Origin: Desulfobacterales bacterium
Lineage (GTDB): Bacteria; Desulfobacterota; Desulfobacteria; Desulfobacterales; UBA5852
Assembly (NCBI GenBank): GCA_963674755.2
Contig: CAXXVS010000002.1
Location: 96,001 to 160,000, forward strand
DNA: 64,000 bases
Reading direction: 5' to 3'
Below, piece by piece: positions 18,329 to 27,840 of the stretch. The position numbers were made by a program, and so were the translations under genes. How positions within the stretch are numbered: the first letter of the stretch is position 1; each line of letters opens with the position of its first letter. The notes beneath the pieces are model-generated. The model made no database searches and was not told the origin of the DNA. It was given only the letters and a program-made list of their open reading frames with translations.

Positions 18329-19492
18329 TCAGCGGTTGGCTTTGCGGTAGCCCAGCTGATCCAACGCAATAATCCACTTGCAGATGTTGGCCGAGCCTTC
18401 CACCATGGTATAGGTGGGGGCGTCCCGGTAGTAACGCGCCACCGGGTATTCGGTGGAATAGCCGTAGGCCCCCAGGATGCGCATGGCGTAGTTGGCGCAC
18501 TTGACGGCCGTCTCCCCGGCCAGGTACTTGGCCATGGCCACATCCAGGCCGTTGTTGAGCCGGCCCTGGTCCTTGGCCCAGGCCGCCTTGTAGACCAGCA
18601 ACCGGGAGGCTTCGATTTCGGTGGCCATCTGGGCGATCATGTCCTGGTTCATTTGGTACTCGCCGATGGGCTTGCCGAATTGTTTACGTTCGTTGCAATA
18701 TTTCAAAACCGTTTCCAGACAGGCCTGGGCCAGGCCCACGGCACCGGCGGCGGCCGACAGGCGGGTCTGGTTGAGGGAGCCGAAGACGATCTTGGCCCCG
18801 TCGCCCGGCTGGCCGATGATGTTTTCCTTGGGGACACGGGTGTCCGTTAGAAATACCTCCCCGGTGGGCGAGGAGTGGGATCCCATTTTTTCCAGGGTGG
18901 TCGTTTTGATGCCGTTGAAGTTTTTCAGCTCGACCACGAAGGCCGAAAGCCCCTTGGCACCCATGGACTTATCCGTATAGGCGTAATAAATGACCACATC
19001 GCCCACGGGGGCGTTGGAGATCCAGGTTTTGGAGCCGTTAAGCAGCCAGTGGTCGCCCTTGTCCTCGGCCGTGGAGCTCATGGCCATGACATCCGAGCCG
19101 GCATCCGGTTCGGTGATGCCGAAGCCGCCCACATATTCGGCCCGCACAAGTTTGGGGACATATTTGGCGGCCAGGTCCGCGCTGCCGTAGTGGTAAATCG
19201 TGTAGGCGCATCCCAGGGTCTGCATGTTGATCTGGACCCGCAGGGAGCTTGACGCCCGGGCGATTTCTTCGGTAACGATCATGGCCGAGAGCCAGCCCAT
19301 GTCCTCGCCGTCGTATTTTTCGGGGATCACGGTGCCGAACAGGCCCAGTTCGGCCATGGGCCGCATGGCCTCCTCGTAGGGGAAATGGTGGTCGGCGTCC
19401 CACTCGTCCGCATGGGGGGCAATCTGTTTGTTGGCAAATTCCCGGACGGCTTTCCTCAGCATCTCGAGCTCTTTGGGCAGTGCAAAATCCAC
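18329..19492 (-). CDS. acd: glutaryl-CoA dehydrogenase, non-decarboxylating (glutaconyl-CoA forming)
   Basis: Acyl-CoA dehydrogenase motifs (GITEPDAGSD, RKQFGKPIG, GAYGYSTEY); MVEGS with Val before the catalytic Glu; C-terminus ALDQLGYRKANR resembles the Desulfococcus enzyme as I recall it; adjacent to gcd genes. Confidence 0.9.
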   Translation of the reverse strand: MDFALPKELEMLRKAVREFANKQIAPHADEWDADHHFPYEEAMRPMAELGLFGTVIPEKYDGEDMGWLSAMIVTEEIARASSSLRVQINMQTLGCAYTIYHYGSADLAAKYVPKLVRAEYVGGFGITEPDAGSDVMAMSSTAEDKGDHWLLNGSKTWISNAPVGDVVIYYAYTDKSMGAKGLSAFVVELKNFNGIKTTTLEKMGSHSSPTGEVFLTDTRVPKENIIGQPGDGAKIVFGSLNQTRLSAAAGAVGLAQACLETVLKYCNERKQFGKPIGEYQMNQDMIAQMATEIEASRLLVYKAAWAKDQGRLNNGLDVAMAKYLAGETAVKCANYAMRILGAYGYSTEYPVARYYRDAPTYTMVEGSANICKWIIALDQLGYRKANR

Positions 19493-19526
19493 GGTTGGCT
19501 TCCTTTTCTTCCTTATAGTAAAACAT

Positions 19527-20828
19527 TTACGAACGGTTGATTATCTTCTCGACGACCGCCATGGCCAGTTCGTGGACTTTGCCTTTGAAGCGCAGGTCGA
19601 GGGCGGTCTGCAGCATGGCCGGGTTGGCGACGGTATTGCGGGCGGCTATCAGGGCCAGGGCGGCCAGGGCCCAGTCCGGTTCCCGGATGCCGGCGGCCTT
19701 GAAATCGATGGTTTCAATTTGGGCCCGGCACATTGGCAGGTCGATGCCGGCGGCGCAGATGACAAGGGTTTCTTCCTCAAGCCCGGCCAACATTTCCTTC
19801 CGGCGGGCCACGCCCTCTGGCGCCAGGGCAAGGACGACGGCCGGGCGGTCGATGCCGGTGAAGCCGATGTCGTTTTTGGAGAGAATCACTTCGCTGACGG
19901 AATGACCCCGCAGCACGGTGATGGGGTAGTCGTTTTTCTGGGAGGCCTGCAGCCCGGCCGAGGCTGCGGCCAGGCACAGCAGTTCCCCTGCCGTGACGAT
20001 GCGCTGCCCGGCGCTGCCCAGCAGCACTACCTCCTGGCGGGCTTCCGCCACCGGGGTATGACGGACCGGGATGGCCTGGGGCGCTGCGGCCGGCGGGAGC
20101 GCGGCGGCTTCCCGCCGATAGTGCCGTCCGTACTCCTCCCGGGCGTTTTCTTTCCGAAAACGGACCACCGACGGGAGGGAGGCCAGAGATCCCGCAATGG
20201 ATTGGGGGGAGAGTTTGTTGCGCTTGGTGTAGCGTCCCGGGCAGACGCCCCAGATGTCGAGCAGGGCAAAGCCCTCGAATCGGATGGCCGCCTCCATAAG
20301 CGCTGCCAGATCGGGGTCGTAGGCCGACACCCGCTCCAGATGGGGGGCGCCGGCTGCCCCGGCCACCTGGCAGACGTCCATGGGTTTTTCCAGGCGGTTT
20401 AAGAAGCCCGATCCCACTGCCGCTTCCGGAGGGGTGGTGGAGGAACACTGGCCACCGGTCATGCCGTAGTTGAAATTGTTGAGGACCAGCAGGGTCAGGT
20501 CGATGTTCCGGCGGCAGGTGCTTAGCAGGTGGGCCCCGCCGATGCCCAACCCGCCGTCGCCCATGGTGACCACCACGTGCAGGTCCGGGCGGGCCATCTT
20601 GATGCCGGTGGCATAGGTCAGGGCGCGGCCGTGGAGGCCGTGCAGGGCATGGGTGTGGAAGAAGGTATCGAAGAGGCCGGAACAGCCGATGTCCGATACG
20701 ATGGCGATCTCTTCGCCCTTGAGGCCCATGCCCTGGAAGGCCTTGTCCAGGGCCCCGACGACGCGTTCGTGGGCACACCCCGGACAGAAGACCGGCGGGC
20801 GCTCCTGATTGAGCAGGCTCGGCGTCAT
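19527..20828 (-). CDS. 2-oxoacid:ferredoxin oxidoreductase beta subunit (TPP-binding) fused to a gamma domain
   Basis: FCPGC, SDIGC, LHGRA, GDG..NN.NYGMTGGQ, then C-terminal LGSAGQRIVTAG..GHSVSEVILS gamma-type domain. Confidence 0.9.
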   Translation of the reverse strand: MTPSLLNQERPPVFCPGCAHERVVGALDKAFQGMGLKGEEIAIVSDIGCSGLFDTFFHTHALHGLHGRALTYATGIKMARPDLHVVVTMGDGGLGIGGAHLLSTCRRNIDLTLLVLNNFNYGMTGGQCSSTTPPEAAVGSGFLNRLEKPMDVCQVAGAAGAPHLERVSAYDPDLAALMEAAIRFEGFALLDIWGVCPGRYTKRNKLSPQSIAGSLASLPSVVRFRKENAREEYGRHYRREAAALPPAAAPQAIPVRHTPVAEARQEVVLLGSAGQRIVTAGELLCLAAASAGLQASQKNDYPITVLRGHSVSEVILSKNDIGFTGIDRPAVVLALAPEGVARRKEMLAGLEEETLVICAAGIDLPMCRAQIETIDFKAAGIREPDWALAALALIAARNTVANPAMLQTALDLRFKGKVHELAMAVVEKIINRS

Positions 20829-21943
20829 GGTTCGAGCACCTCCTGTATCTGGCGCGGCTTGATCAGCTCGCCGTTCATCTGACCCAGAAAGCGGACATCG
20901 CGTCCCGGCAGCGCGCGCTGGATCTCGCGCACATATTGACCCAGATTCATTTCCACGACCAGGATGCGGTCATAGCCGGCGGTCTTTTCCCTCAGAAGCG
21001 TTTCGGGGACCGGCCAGAGGGTCTTCAGGACGAGAAGGTCGACGGGCCGTCCGTCCGCCCGAAGCGCCTGAACAGCGGTTTGCGCGGCCCGGGCGGTGAC
21101 GCCGTAAGCGATGACCAGGGTTTGCGCTTCCGGCACGGTATCCGCTTCGAAATAGGTGAAGCGATGCGCCTCGGCGGTGATCTTGCGCTGCAGGCGGTCC
21201 TGGCTGCGTGCGATCAGGTCCGGGTCGGCGGTGATGTAGCCGTCCGGTCCGTGGGTGGACGACGTCTGGCGCACGGGTCGATCGGCGCCGATGGGCAGAA
21301 AATCAGGGACCAGGCGGTCTCCGGCAGTTCCGAAGGGCAGAAAAGGGGCCTGCGCATCAGCTGACCGGCGGTGGACGATCTCCGGCAGGGCAATCGCCTC
21401 AAGATCCACGGTTTCCCGGGTCATGGCGATTTCCTTGTTGGTGGCCAGAAACACCGGACAGCGGTAGCTCTCGGACAGGTTGAAGGCCTGCAGGGTGAGC
21501 ACAATGCAGTCCCGGATGTCAACCGGCGCCAGCACGATGACCGGCAGCCCGCCGCTGTTGCCCCACTGCAGGAACTGGATGTCCCCGTCGGCCCCCTTGG
21601 TGGCGGAGCCGGTGGACGGTCCCAGGCGCTGGACATCGACGATGACGAGCGGGATCTCGCTGCCCACCGCAAAGGAAATCTGCTCGCTATAGAGGCTGAT
21701 GCCGGGCCCGGAAGTGGCCGTCATGGCCTTCCAGCCGGCCATGGATGCCCCCAGGCAAAACCCGATGGAGGCGATTTCATCCTCTCCCTGCAAACAGACA
21801 CCGCCCTCCGGGGGCAGGTAGCGTAGCATGGCGTTGTAGATCGTCGTGGCCGGCGTAATGGGGTAACCGGCGAAGAAACGGCACCCGGCCGCCCGGGCGC
21901 CCCAGGCGATCGCTTCGTTACCTTCCATCAGTGTGAGCGCCAT
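20825..21943 (-). CDS. 2-oxoacid:ferredoxin oxidoreductase alpha subunit
   Basis: GNEAIAWGA, AGYPITP, EDEIAS, TATSGPG, QRLGPSTG, VVEMNLGQ. Confidence 0.92.
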   Translation of the reverse strand: MALTLMEGNEAIAWGARAAGCRFFAGYPITPATTIYNAMLRYLPPEGGVCLQGEDEIASIGFCLGASMAGWKAMTATSGPGISLYSEQISFAVGSEIPLVIVDVQRLGPSTGSATKGADGDIQFLQWGNSGGLPVIVLAPVDIRDCIVLTLQAFNLSESYRCPVFLATNKEIAMTRETVDLEAIALPEIVHRRSADAQAPFLPFGTAGDRLVPDFLPIGADRPVRQTSSTHGPDGYITADPDLIARSQDRLQRKITAEAHRFTYFEADTVPEAQTLVIAYGVTARAAQTAVQALRADGRPVDLLVLKTLWPVPETLLREKTAGYDRILVVEMNLGQYVREIQRALPGRDVRFLGQMNGELIKPRQIQEVLEP

Positions 21944-21966
21944 GGCGCGTTTCTCCCTATTGCCGG

Positions 21967-22674
21967 TTAGAGGCCGGCCGCCTGTTTGGCCGCGCTGATT
22001 TGCCGCAGCCCCTTCAGGACATGTTCCCGGACCCGCCGGATATGACCGGAGAGCACGCGGCGGGCGGTTTTGATATCGCGCGCCGCGATGCTGTCGAAGA
22101 GGGCCTGGTGGTCGGCGTCGGCCGAGTCCATGGCGTTGGAAAAGAGCAGGTTGCCGCTGTATTTAAGGTATAGGAGATCGAAGAGGTCCCGCAGGATCCG
22201 GCAGTGCACCTGACGACCCGAGAGTTCGGCCAGGGTAAGATGAAACTCCCGGTCCTGCTTGAGGCGTTCGGCTAGATAGACTTCCCGGGAGGCTTTGAGG
22301 TGGGCCTCCAGGGCCGTGCGCAGGGTTCCAAGGCCCCGGGCGTCGATGGTGCGCACCGTATCCGGCAGCAGACGCATCTCCAGGGTTTCGCGCACATCGT
22401 AGATTTCTTCCACTTCCCGGAGATCGACCGGAGCGGTGAAATAGCCCCGGTTGGGCTCGTGCCGCACCAATTGTTGGAACTCCAGCCACTTGAGGGCCTG
22501 GATGACAGGTGTCTGGCTCATCCCCAGCCGTTCGGCCAGATCGCGGTAGGCGATTTTGTGTCCGGGCGTTAGCTCGTTGTGGAGCATCATGCTGCGGATG
22601 CCGAGATAGGCCTTGCGGGTGTGGCCCATGGCGCCGTTGGCGGCTTCGGAAGTTTTAGGAGGGCGCTGTGCCAT
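21967..22674 (-). CDS. GntR-family regulator with FCD domain
   Basis: LAERLGMSQTPVIQALKWL HTH; start uncertain (22674 or 22629). Confidence 0.88.
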   Translation of the reverse strand: MAQRPPKTSEAANGAMGHTRKAYLGIRSMMLHNELTPGHKIAYRDLAERLGMSQTPVIQALKWLEFQQLVRHEPNRGYFTAPVDLREVEEIYDVRETLEMRLLPDTVRTIDARGLGTLRTALEAHLKASREVYLAERLKQDREFHLTLAELSGRQVHCRILRDLFDLLYLKYSGNLLFSNAMDSADADHQALFDSIAARDIKTARRVLSGHIRRVREHVLKGLRQISAAKQAAGL

Positions 22675-22697
22675 GTCATGTGATCCGTTATTCAATC

Positions 22698-22717
22698 AAA
22701 AATTTGATCAAATTTTT
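22698..22717. promoter_or_regulatory. perfect 20-bp palindrome, candidate GntR operator
   Basis: AAAAATTTGATCAAATTTTT immediately upstream of the GntR gene. Confidence 0.65.
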
Positions 22718-22747
22718 TATCTGACAATCCGCGCCGGTTGTCAAGCC

Positions 22748-22785
22748 CGATTTCGCGGCCGGCCGTGATGGCCGCCGCGAAATCG
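22748..22785 (-). terminator. GC-rich hairpin downstream of gnd
   Basis: CGATTTCGCGGC...GCCGCGAAATCG 12-bp stem; no clear U-tract. Confidence 0.35.
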
Positions 22786-22829
22786 AAACGGCAGGGACGG
22801 CTGGCGGATGGCATGGCGAGGCGGCCGGG

Positions 22830-24272
22830 TCAGGGATGCGGGGCGGTCCACTCGGTATGGAAGAAGGTTCCGCGGGGGCGGTCGACGCGTTCGTAGGTGT
22901 GGGCGCCGAAGAAATCCCGCTGGGCCTGCAGCAGGTTGGCCGGCAGGCGGGCGCAACGCAGGCCGTCGTAGTAAGTCAGGGCGCCGGCCAGGGCCGGTAT
23001 GGGGAGACCGTGCCGGAGAGCGGCGGCCGCGATCCGGCGCCAGCCCGTCTGGGCCTGGCGGAGCTTCTCCCGGAAGAAGGGGGCCAGAACGAGATGGGAA
23101 AGATCGGGAGCGGTCTGAAAGGCTTCGGCGATGGGATCCAGAAAACCCGAGCGGATGATGCAGCCGCTGCGCCAGACCTTGGCGATGTCACTGTAGTTCA
23201 AGGCCCAGTCATAGGTGGCGGAGCCCTCCCGCAGAAGCGTGAAGCCCTGGGCGTAGGAAATGATCTTGGCCGCCAGCAGGGCCTGTTCCAGGTCGGTCAC
23301 AAAGGTCTTGGCGTCCGGCACCGGCGGGCAATCGGCAGGTGGGGCTAAAATTTCGGCCGCAGCCACCCGTTCATCTTTGAGGGCCGAAAGGTAGCGGGCG
23401 AAGACCGATTCGCCGATGAGGGTCAGGGGTACTCCCAGGTCGAGGGCGGCCACCGCGGTCCAGCGGCCCGTGCCTTTTTGGCCGGCGGTGTCCAGAATGC
23501 GCTCCAGCAGAAGCTCGCCGTCCGGTTCCCGGTAGGCCAGGATGGCGGCCGTGATTTCGATCAGGTAGCTTTGCAGGTCCCCCCGGTTCCAGGTTTCGAA
23601 GATGGTGGACATGGCATCACCGGGAAGGCGCAGCAGATTCCGCATGAGGTGATAGGCCTCGGCGATGAGCTGCATGTCGCCGTATTCGATGCCGTTGTGG
23701 ATCATCTTGACAAAATGTCCGGCGCCTCCCGGCCCCATCCAGCGGCAGCAGGGCGCGCCGTCCGGCGCCCGGGCGGCGATGGCTTCGAACAAGGGGCGCA
23801 GGGTCTCCCAGGCGGCCGGCGATCCGCCCGGCATGATGGCGGGTCCCTTGAGGGCGCCTTCTTCCCCTCCGGACACGCCGGCGCCCACATAGAGCAGCCC
23901 CTGCCGCTCCACCTCGGCCATGCGCCGTTCGGTGTCGCCATAGTTGGAATTGCCGCCGTCCACGATGATATCGCCCCTGGACATCAGGGGGATCAGGGCT
24001 TCGATGGTGTCTTGGACGGGGGTGCCGGCCTTGACCATCAGCATGACCCGGCGGGGCGGTTTGAGGTTCTGGACCAGTTCTTCAAGGGACGCGGCGGCAA
24101 TGAAGCGTTTGCCGGCCGCGCGGCCGTCCATGAAGGCGCGGGTCTTCGCGGCGGTGCGGTTATAGACGGCCACCGTAAATCCCCGGCTTTCCATGTTCAG
24201 GGCCAGATTTTCGCCCATCACGGCCAGGCCGATGAGGCCGATGTCGGCTTGGGGTGGGTTGCGGTCGCTCAT
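22830..24272 (-). CDS. gnd: 6-phosphogluconate dehydrogenase, decarboxylating (NADP+)
   Basis: GLAVMGENL, GVSGGEEGA, KMIHNGIEY, QKGTG, QAQRDFFGAH. Confidence 0.97.
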   Translation of the reverse strand: MSDRNPPQADIGLIGLAVMGENLALNMESRGFTVAVYNRTAAKTRAFMDGRAAGKRFIAAASLEELVQNLKPPRRVMLMVKAGTPVQDTIEALIPLMSRGDIIVDGGNSNYGDTERRMAEVERQGLLYVGAGVSGGEEGALKGPAIMPGGSPAAWETLRPLFEAIAARAPDGAPCCRWMGPGGAGHFVKMIHNGIEYGDMQLIAEAYHLMRNLLRLPGDAMSTIFETWNRGDLQSYLIEITAAILAYREPDGELLLERILDTAGQKGTGRWTAVAALDLGVPLTLIGESVFARYLSALKDERVAAAEILAPPADCPPVPDAKTFVTDLEQALLAAKIISYAQGFTLLREGSATYDWALNYSDIAKVWRSGCIIRSGFLDPIAEAFQTAPDLSHLVLAPFFREKLRQAQTGWRRIAAAALRHGLPIPALAGALTYYDGLRCARLPANLLQAQRDFFGAHTYERVDRPRGTFFHTEWTAPHP

Positions 24273-24388
24273 TAGACAATTATTCCTTTGAAATAGGTGT
24301 TACGATGGCAATTTTAAATGCCAACCCATTGAGATTTTGTTCCGGTCGTGAAATTTCGTTCGAAATCTTCCACCTTTGGTGGAGGCCC

Positions 24389-24420
24389 CGACGATGCTCG
24401 GCACATGACAAAGGGAAATT
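24389..24420 (+). repeat. 3' remnant of repeat family 2
   Basis: CGACGATGCTCGGCACATGACAAAGGGAAATT matches the end of the 18037-18230 copy. Confidence 0.55.
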
Positions 24421-24483
24421 CAATTCCAAAACCTTGGAAACCGTCTATAGTCGGAGCGCTATGAAACTACCTGAAGCCACCGG

Positions 24484-24996
24484 CTATGCAGGAGGGGGCT
24501 CACTGGTAACTATGCCGGTCAAAGCCGCCACGATCCGGGTCACGATCGTCTCCGGATCGGCGTCGATATCCACACTCAGGCCGCCATCGGGTTTTTCCAG
24601 GGTATCGAGCTGGCTGCGCAGCAGCTCCGGCGGCATGAAGTGGCCCCGGCGGTCGGCCAGACGACGCTGCAAGAGGTCGAAGGTCCCCCGCAGATAGACG
24701 GTCCTGACAGTCTGCTGATCCACCCCGAGCAAGTCCCGGTAGGATTGCTTGAGGGCGGAACAGGCCAGAACGGCGGATTTCCCGGCCTGCATAAGGCGTT
24801 CCATTTCCCGGCGCAAAGCCAGCAGCCAGGGGCGGCGGTCGTCGTCGTTCAGGGGCTGTCCGCTGTGCATCTTGGCCACGTTGGCCGCCGGGTGGTAGTC
24901 GTCGCCGTCTATAAAGGCCCATCCCAGGTGCCGGGCCAGGCGGCGTCCGATGGTGGTCTTGCCGCAGCCCGTGGGGCCCATGAGAATAAGAATCAT
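24484..24996 (-). CDS. gntK: gluconokinase
   Basis: MGPTGCGKTT, DGDDYHP.ANVAKM, LACSALK, HFMP..LLRSQLDTLE. Confidence 0.95.
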   Translation of the reverse strand: MILILMGPTGCGKTTIGRRLARHLGWAFIDGDDYHPAANVAKMHSGQPLNDDDRRPWLLALRREMERLMQAGKSAVLACSALKQSYRDLLGVDQQTVRTVYLRGTFDLLQRRLADRRGHFMPPELLRSQLDTLEKPDGGLSVDIDADPETIVTRIVAALTGIVTSEPPPA

Positions 24997-24997
24997 G

Positions 24998-26413
24998 TCA
25001 GTCCGCGTCAATTCCGAAGTAGTTCACGGCATTGTGGTAGCAAATGTCTTGTACCATCCCGCCTATAAAGTCGAAGTCGTGAGGCAATTCGCCCTGTTCA
25101 ATATCGGTTCCCAGAAGATTGCACAACACACGACGGAAGTATTCGTGGCGTGGATAGGAGAGAAAGCTGCGGGAGTCGGTGAGCATGCCCACGAAACGGC
25201 TGAGCAGCCCCATGTTCGAAAGGGCGTTGAGCTGGCGCTGCATGCCGTCCTTCTGGTCGTTGAACCACCAGCCCGATCCGAACTGAATCTTGCCGGGTAC
25301 CGTGCCGTCCTGGAAGTTGCCGATCATGGTGGCCACGAGATCGTTGTCCCTGGGGTTGAGGACATAGAGGATGGTGCGGGCCAGGCGGTCTTCGCTTGCC
25401 AAACGGTCGAGGAAACATGCCAGGGGGGCGGCCAGCAGTTCGTCACCCATGGAATCGTATCCGGTATCGGGGCCTAATTCCCGGAAGGCGCGGGAATTGG
25501 TGTTGCGCAAGGCGCCGAAATGAAACTGCTGGGTCCAGTTCCGTTCGGCATCCATGCGGGCCAGCTCCAGCAGCAGGGCGCTTTTAAACTGCTCTGTCTC
25601 CAGCGCCGTCGGGAGTTCGTTGCGGCGCACCTTGGCGAAGATGCGCACGATGTCGTCCGGAGTGAAATGGGTGGCATAGGGACGCTCCAGGCCGTGGTCG
25701 GACAGGCGGCAGCCGGTCCGGTGGAAAAACGCGTGGCGGGCCTTCAAAGCGGCCAGCAGGGCATCGTAGTCGGCAATGGGAATGCCGGAGACGGCGGCGA
25801 GCCGGTCGAGATACGGGTTGTAGACCGCCGGATCTTCCACGGCCATGGCCTTGTCCGGCCGGAAGGCCGGCAAGACCTTGACCGTGAAATCCGGGTCGGC
25901 CGCCAGAGCCCGGTGGTGTTCGAGGTCGTCCGTGGGGTCGTCCGTGGTGCAGACCACCTTGACCTTCATGCGGGTCAGGATGGCCCGCGTGCTGAAATCC
26001 GGGCTCTGCAGGAGGGCGCCGGCACGGTCATAGATCTCCCGGGCACTATCCGGATCGAGGAGACGGTCCGTGATGCCGAAATAGCGTTTTAGTTCCAGGT
26101 GGGTCCAGTGGTAGAGCGGGTTGCGCAGGGTTTTGGGCACGGTGGCGGCCCAGGCCGCAAATTTCTCCCAGTCCTCCGCCGCTCCCGTAACAAAGCGCTC
26201 CGGAATGCCGTTGGCCCGCATGGCCCGCCACTTGTAGTGGTCGCCGTAGAGCCAGATTTGGGTCAGGTTGGGGAAGATGCGGTCGGCGGCGATGTCTTCC
26301 ACCGGCAAGTGGCAGTGGTAGTCGAAGATGGGCATGGCTTCGGCATAATCGTGGTAGAGGCGGCGTGCGGCCGCCGTCTGCAGGAGAAAATCTTCGGAGA
26401 GAAAGGGCGTCAC
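24998..26413 (-). CDS. uxaC: uronate (glucuronate/galacturonate) isomerase
   Basis: DYHCHL, DHYKWRAMR, CTTDDP, GSGWWFND, GMLTDSRSFLSYPRHEYFRR. Confidence 0.97.
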   Translation of the reverse strand: MTPFLSEDFLLQTAAARRLYHDYAEAMPIFDYHCHLPVEDIAADRIFPNLTQIWLYGDHYKWRAMRANGIPERFVTGAAEDWEKFAAWAATVPKTLRNPLYHWTHLELKRYFGITDRLLDPDSAREIYDRAGALLQSPDFSTRAILTRMKVKVVCTTDDPTDDLEHHRALAADPDFTVKVLPAFRPDKAMAVEDPAVYNPYLDRLAAVSGIPIADYDALLAALKARHAFFHRTGCRLSDHGLERPYATHFTPDDIVRIFAKVRRNELPTALETEQFKSALLLELARMDAERNWTQQFHFGALRNTNSRAFRELGPDTGYDSMGDELLAAPLACFLDRLASEDRLARTILYVLNPRDNDLVATMIGNFQDGTVPGKIQFGSGWWFNDQKDGMQRQLNALSNMGLLSRFVGMLTDSRSFLSYPRHEYFRRVLCNLLGTDIEQGELPHDFDFIGGMVQDICYHNAVNYFGIDAD

Positions 26414-26422
26414 AGGATCCTC

Positions 26423-27673
26423 CTAATTGAGTTTGTAAAGCATCTCACCGGCATGTTCGACCACAAGGATGCTTTCATCTTCCTTGTGACGGTAGTCTTC
26501 GATCCGAATACCGGCGGGGTCCATGTAGCCCAGATTGATCCGGCGGCAGACCGCCTCGGGGATGCCGGTGGCCAGGACGACGTCGATGCGTGGCCGCTCC
26601 ACCCCGTTTTCATAGGTGCCGGTGCCCCGCACATGGGTCGAGTGGGCCAGGATGCCGCGGGGGATGTCCCGGAAGCGGTCCATCTGTTCTAAGAAGTAAT
26701 CCCGCACGTGGTAGCCGACCTTTTCGATCAGCGGCCCCCAGGTGCGCGAGACATGGCGGATGTGGGGGCCGTAGATGATGAGTTGGCCTCCGTCCGCCAC
26801 CACCTGCTCCAGCTTGTACATGACCTTGCCGGCCACCCAGATCTCGTCGTACATGGCGGGCGCTTCGCCCAGAACCGTGGCAAACGGTGCCTGCCGGTAG
26901 GCAATGTGCACTTGGCCGGACAGATCGGCGGCCCGGGACCAGGATTCGATCACGTCGCCCACGTAAAGCCCGCAGAGCTGGTTGGCCGGGGTGACCACCA
27001 TGGCCATATTGTGAACCGGCACCTTGACCATTTCCAGGGCCCGATGGATGACGGCCCGCACGGGCGTGTCCCGGGTGCCGATGATGCCCGCGCAGGTGAT
27101 GACCGCCCCCAGCCAGTGGAAGAAATGCAGAAAGTCCCCGCCGGCAATGCCGGGGAAGAGGTATTTGGCTCCGCCCGAAAAGCCCACCACCTCATGGGGG
27201 AAGACCGGTCCCAGGATCAGAATCAGGTCGTAGTCGAAGATGGCGCGGTTGATGGTGACGGGCACGCGCTCTTGCAGGCGTCCCTGGGAGAAGGCGCCGA
27301 TTTCGTCGGCTTCGATGTGGCCGATGGGGGTCAGGGTATCGGGGAGATCCCAGCGGTGGTTGCGGAAGCGGCAGCCGGCGAAGCGCTCGGCCCGCATGGC
27401 GGGCGTGATGCCATAGAGGGCGAGAATGTCCTTTTCCGGCAGGGGCGGGTGGGTCCCCAGGGCTACCATGAAATCCAGGGCCCGGCAGTGGGGTGCGACG
27501 ATGTCCCGCACGGCCCGGATCATCATGGGCAGGGGGCAGGTGCGGGTGGCATCCGGGGTCAATACGAGTACCCGTTTGCCGGCGTAGAGCACGCGGGGCG
27601 TGCCGGCCTCGATGAGGTCGTGGACGTCTTCCGCGGAGAGGATCAGGTCGGGTCGGCCGGTTCCGGAAATCAT
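26423..27673 (-). CDS. LarA-family nickel-pincer epimerase, putative D-mannonate/D-gluconate 2-epimerase (GntE-like)
   Basis: PDATR, ALGTH, NH, FPHEVVGFSGGAK and GK motifs; position between uxuB and uxaC-gntK-gnd. Start 27673 gives better RBS spacing than 27682. Confidence 0.8.
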   Translation of the reverse strand: MISGTGRPDLILSAEDVHDLIEAGTPRVLYAGKRVLVLTPDATRTCPLPMMIRAVRDIVAPHCRALDFMVALGTHPPLPEKDILALYGITPAMRAERFAGCRFRNHRWDLPDTLTPIGHIEADEIGAFSQGRLQERVPVTINRAIFDYDLILILGPVFPHEVVGFSGGAKYLFPGIAGGDFLHFFHWLGAVITCAGIIGTRDTPVRAVIHRALEMVKVPVHNMAMVVTPANQLCGLYVGDVIESWSRAADLSGQVHIAYRQAPFATVLGEAPAMYDEIWVAGKVMYKLEQVVADGGQLIIYGPHIRHVSRTWGPLIEKVGYHVRDYFLEQMDRFRDIPRGILAHSTHVRGTGTYENGVERPRIDVVLATGIPEAVCRRINLGYMDPAGIRIEDYRHKEDESILVVEHAGEMLYKLN

Positions 27674-27694
27674 GACGGGCATTCCTTGTTACCT

Positions 27695-27838
27695 AGTGTT
27701 CATCCCGAGATGGTAGATTTTGGTTCCTGGTAAGGCCGCAGCCGACGGGCGCCCGCAGGCGTAGCCCGCTACGCCGAGGACCGACAGGAGGCGAGAACGC
27801 CGCCAGGGACCAAAAGATGCCATCTCGGGGTGGACACT
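27695..27838 (-). repeat. palindromic element family 1, copy C (reverse orientation)
   Basis: TIR AGTGTTCATCCCGAGATGG...CCATCTCGGGGTGGACACT; central CGTAGCCCGCTACG; reverse complement closely matches copy A. Confidence 0.85.
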
Positions 27839-27840
27839 CC

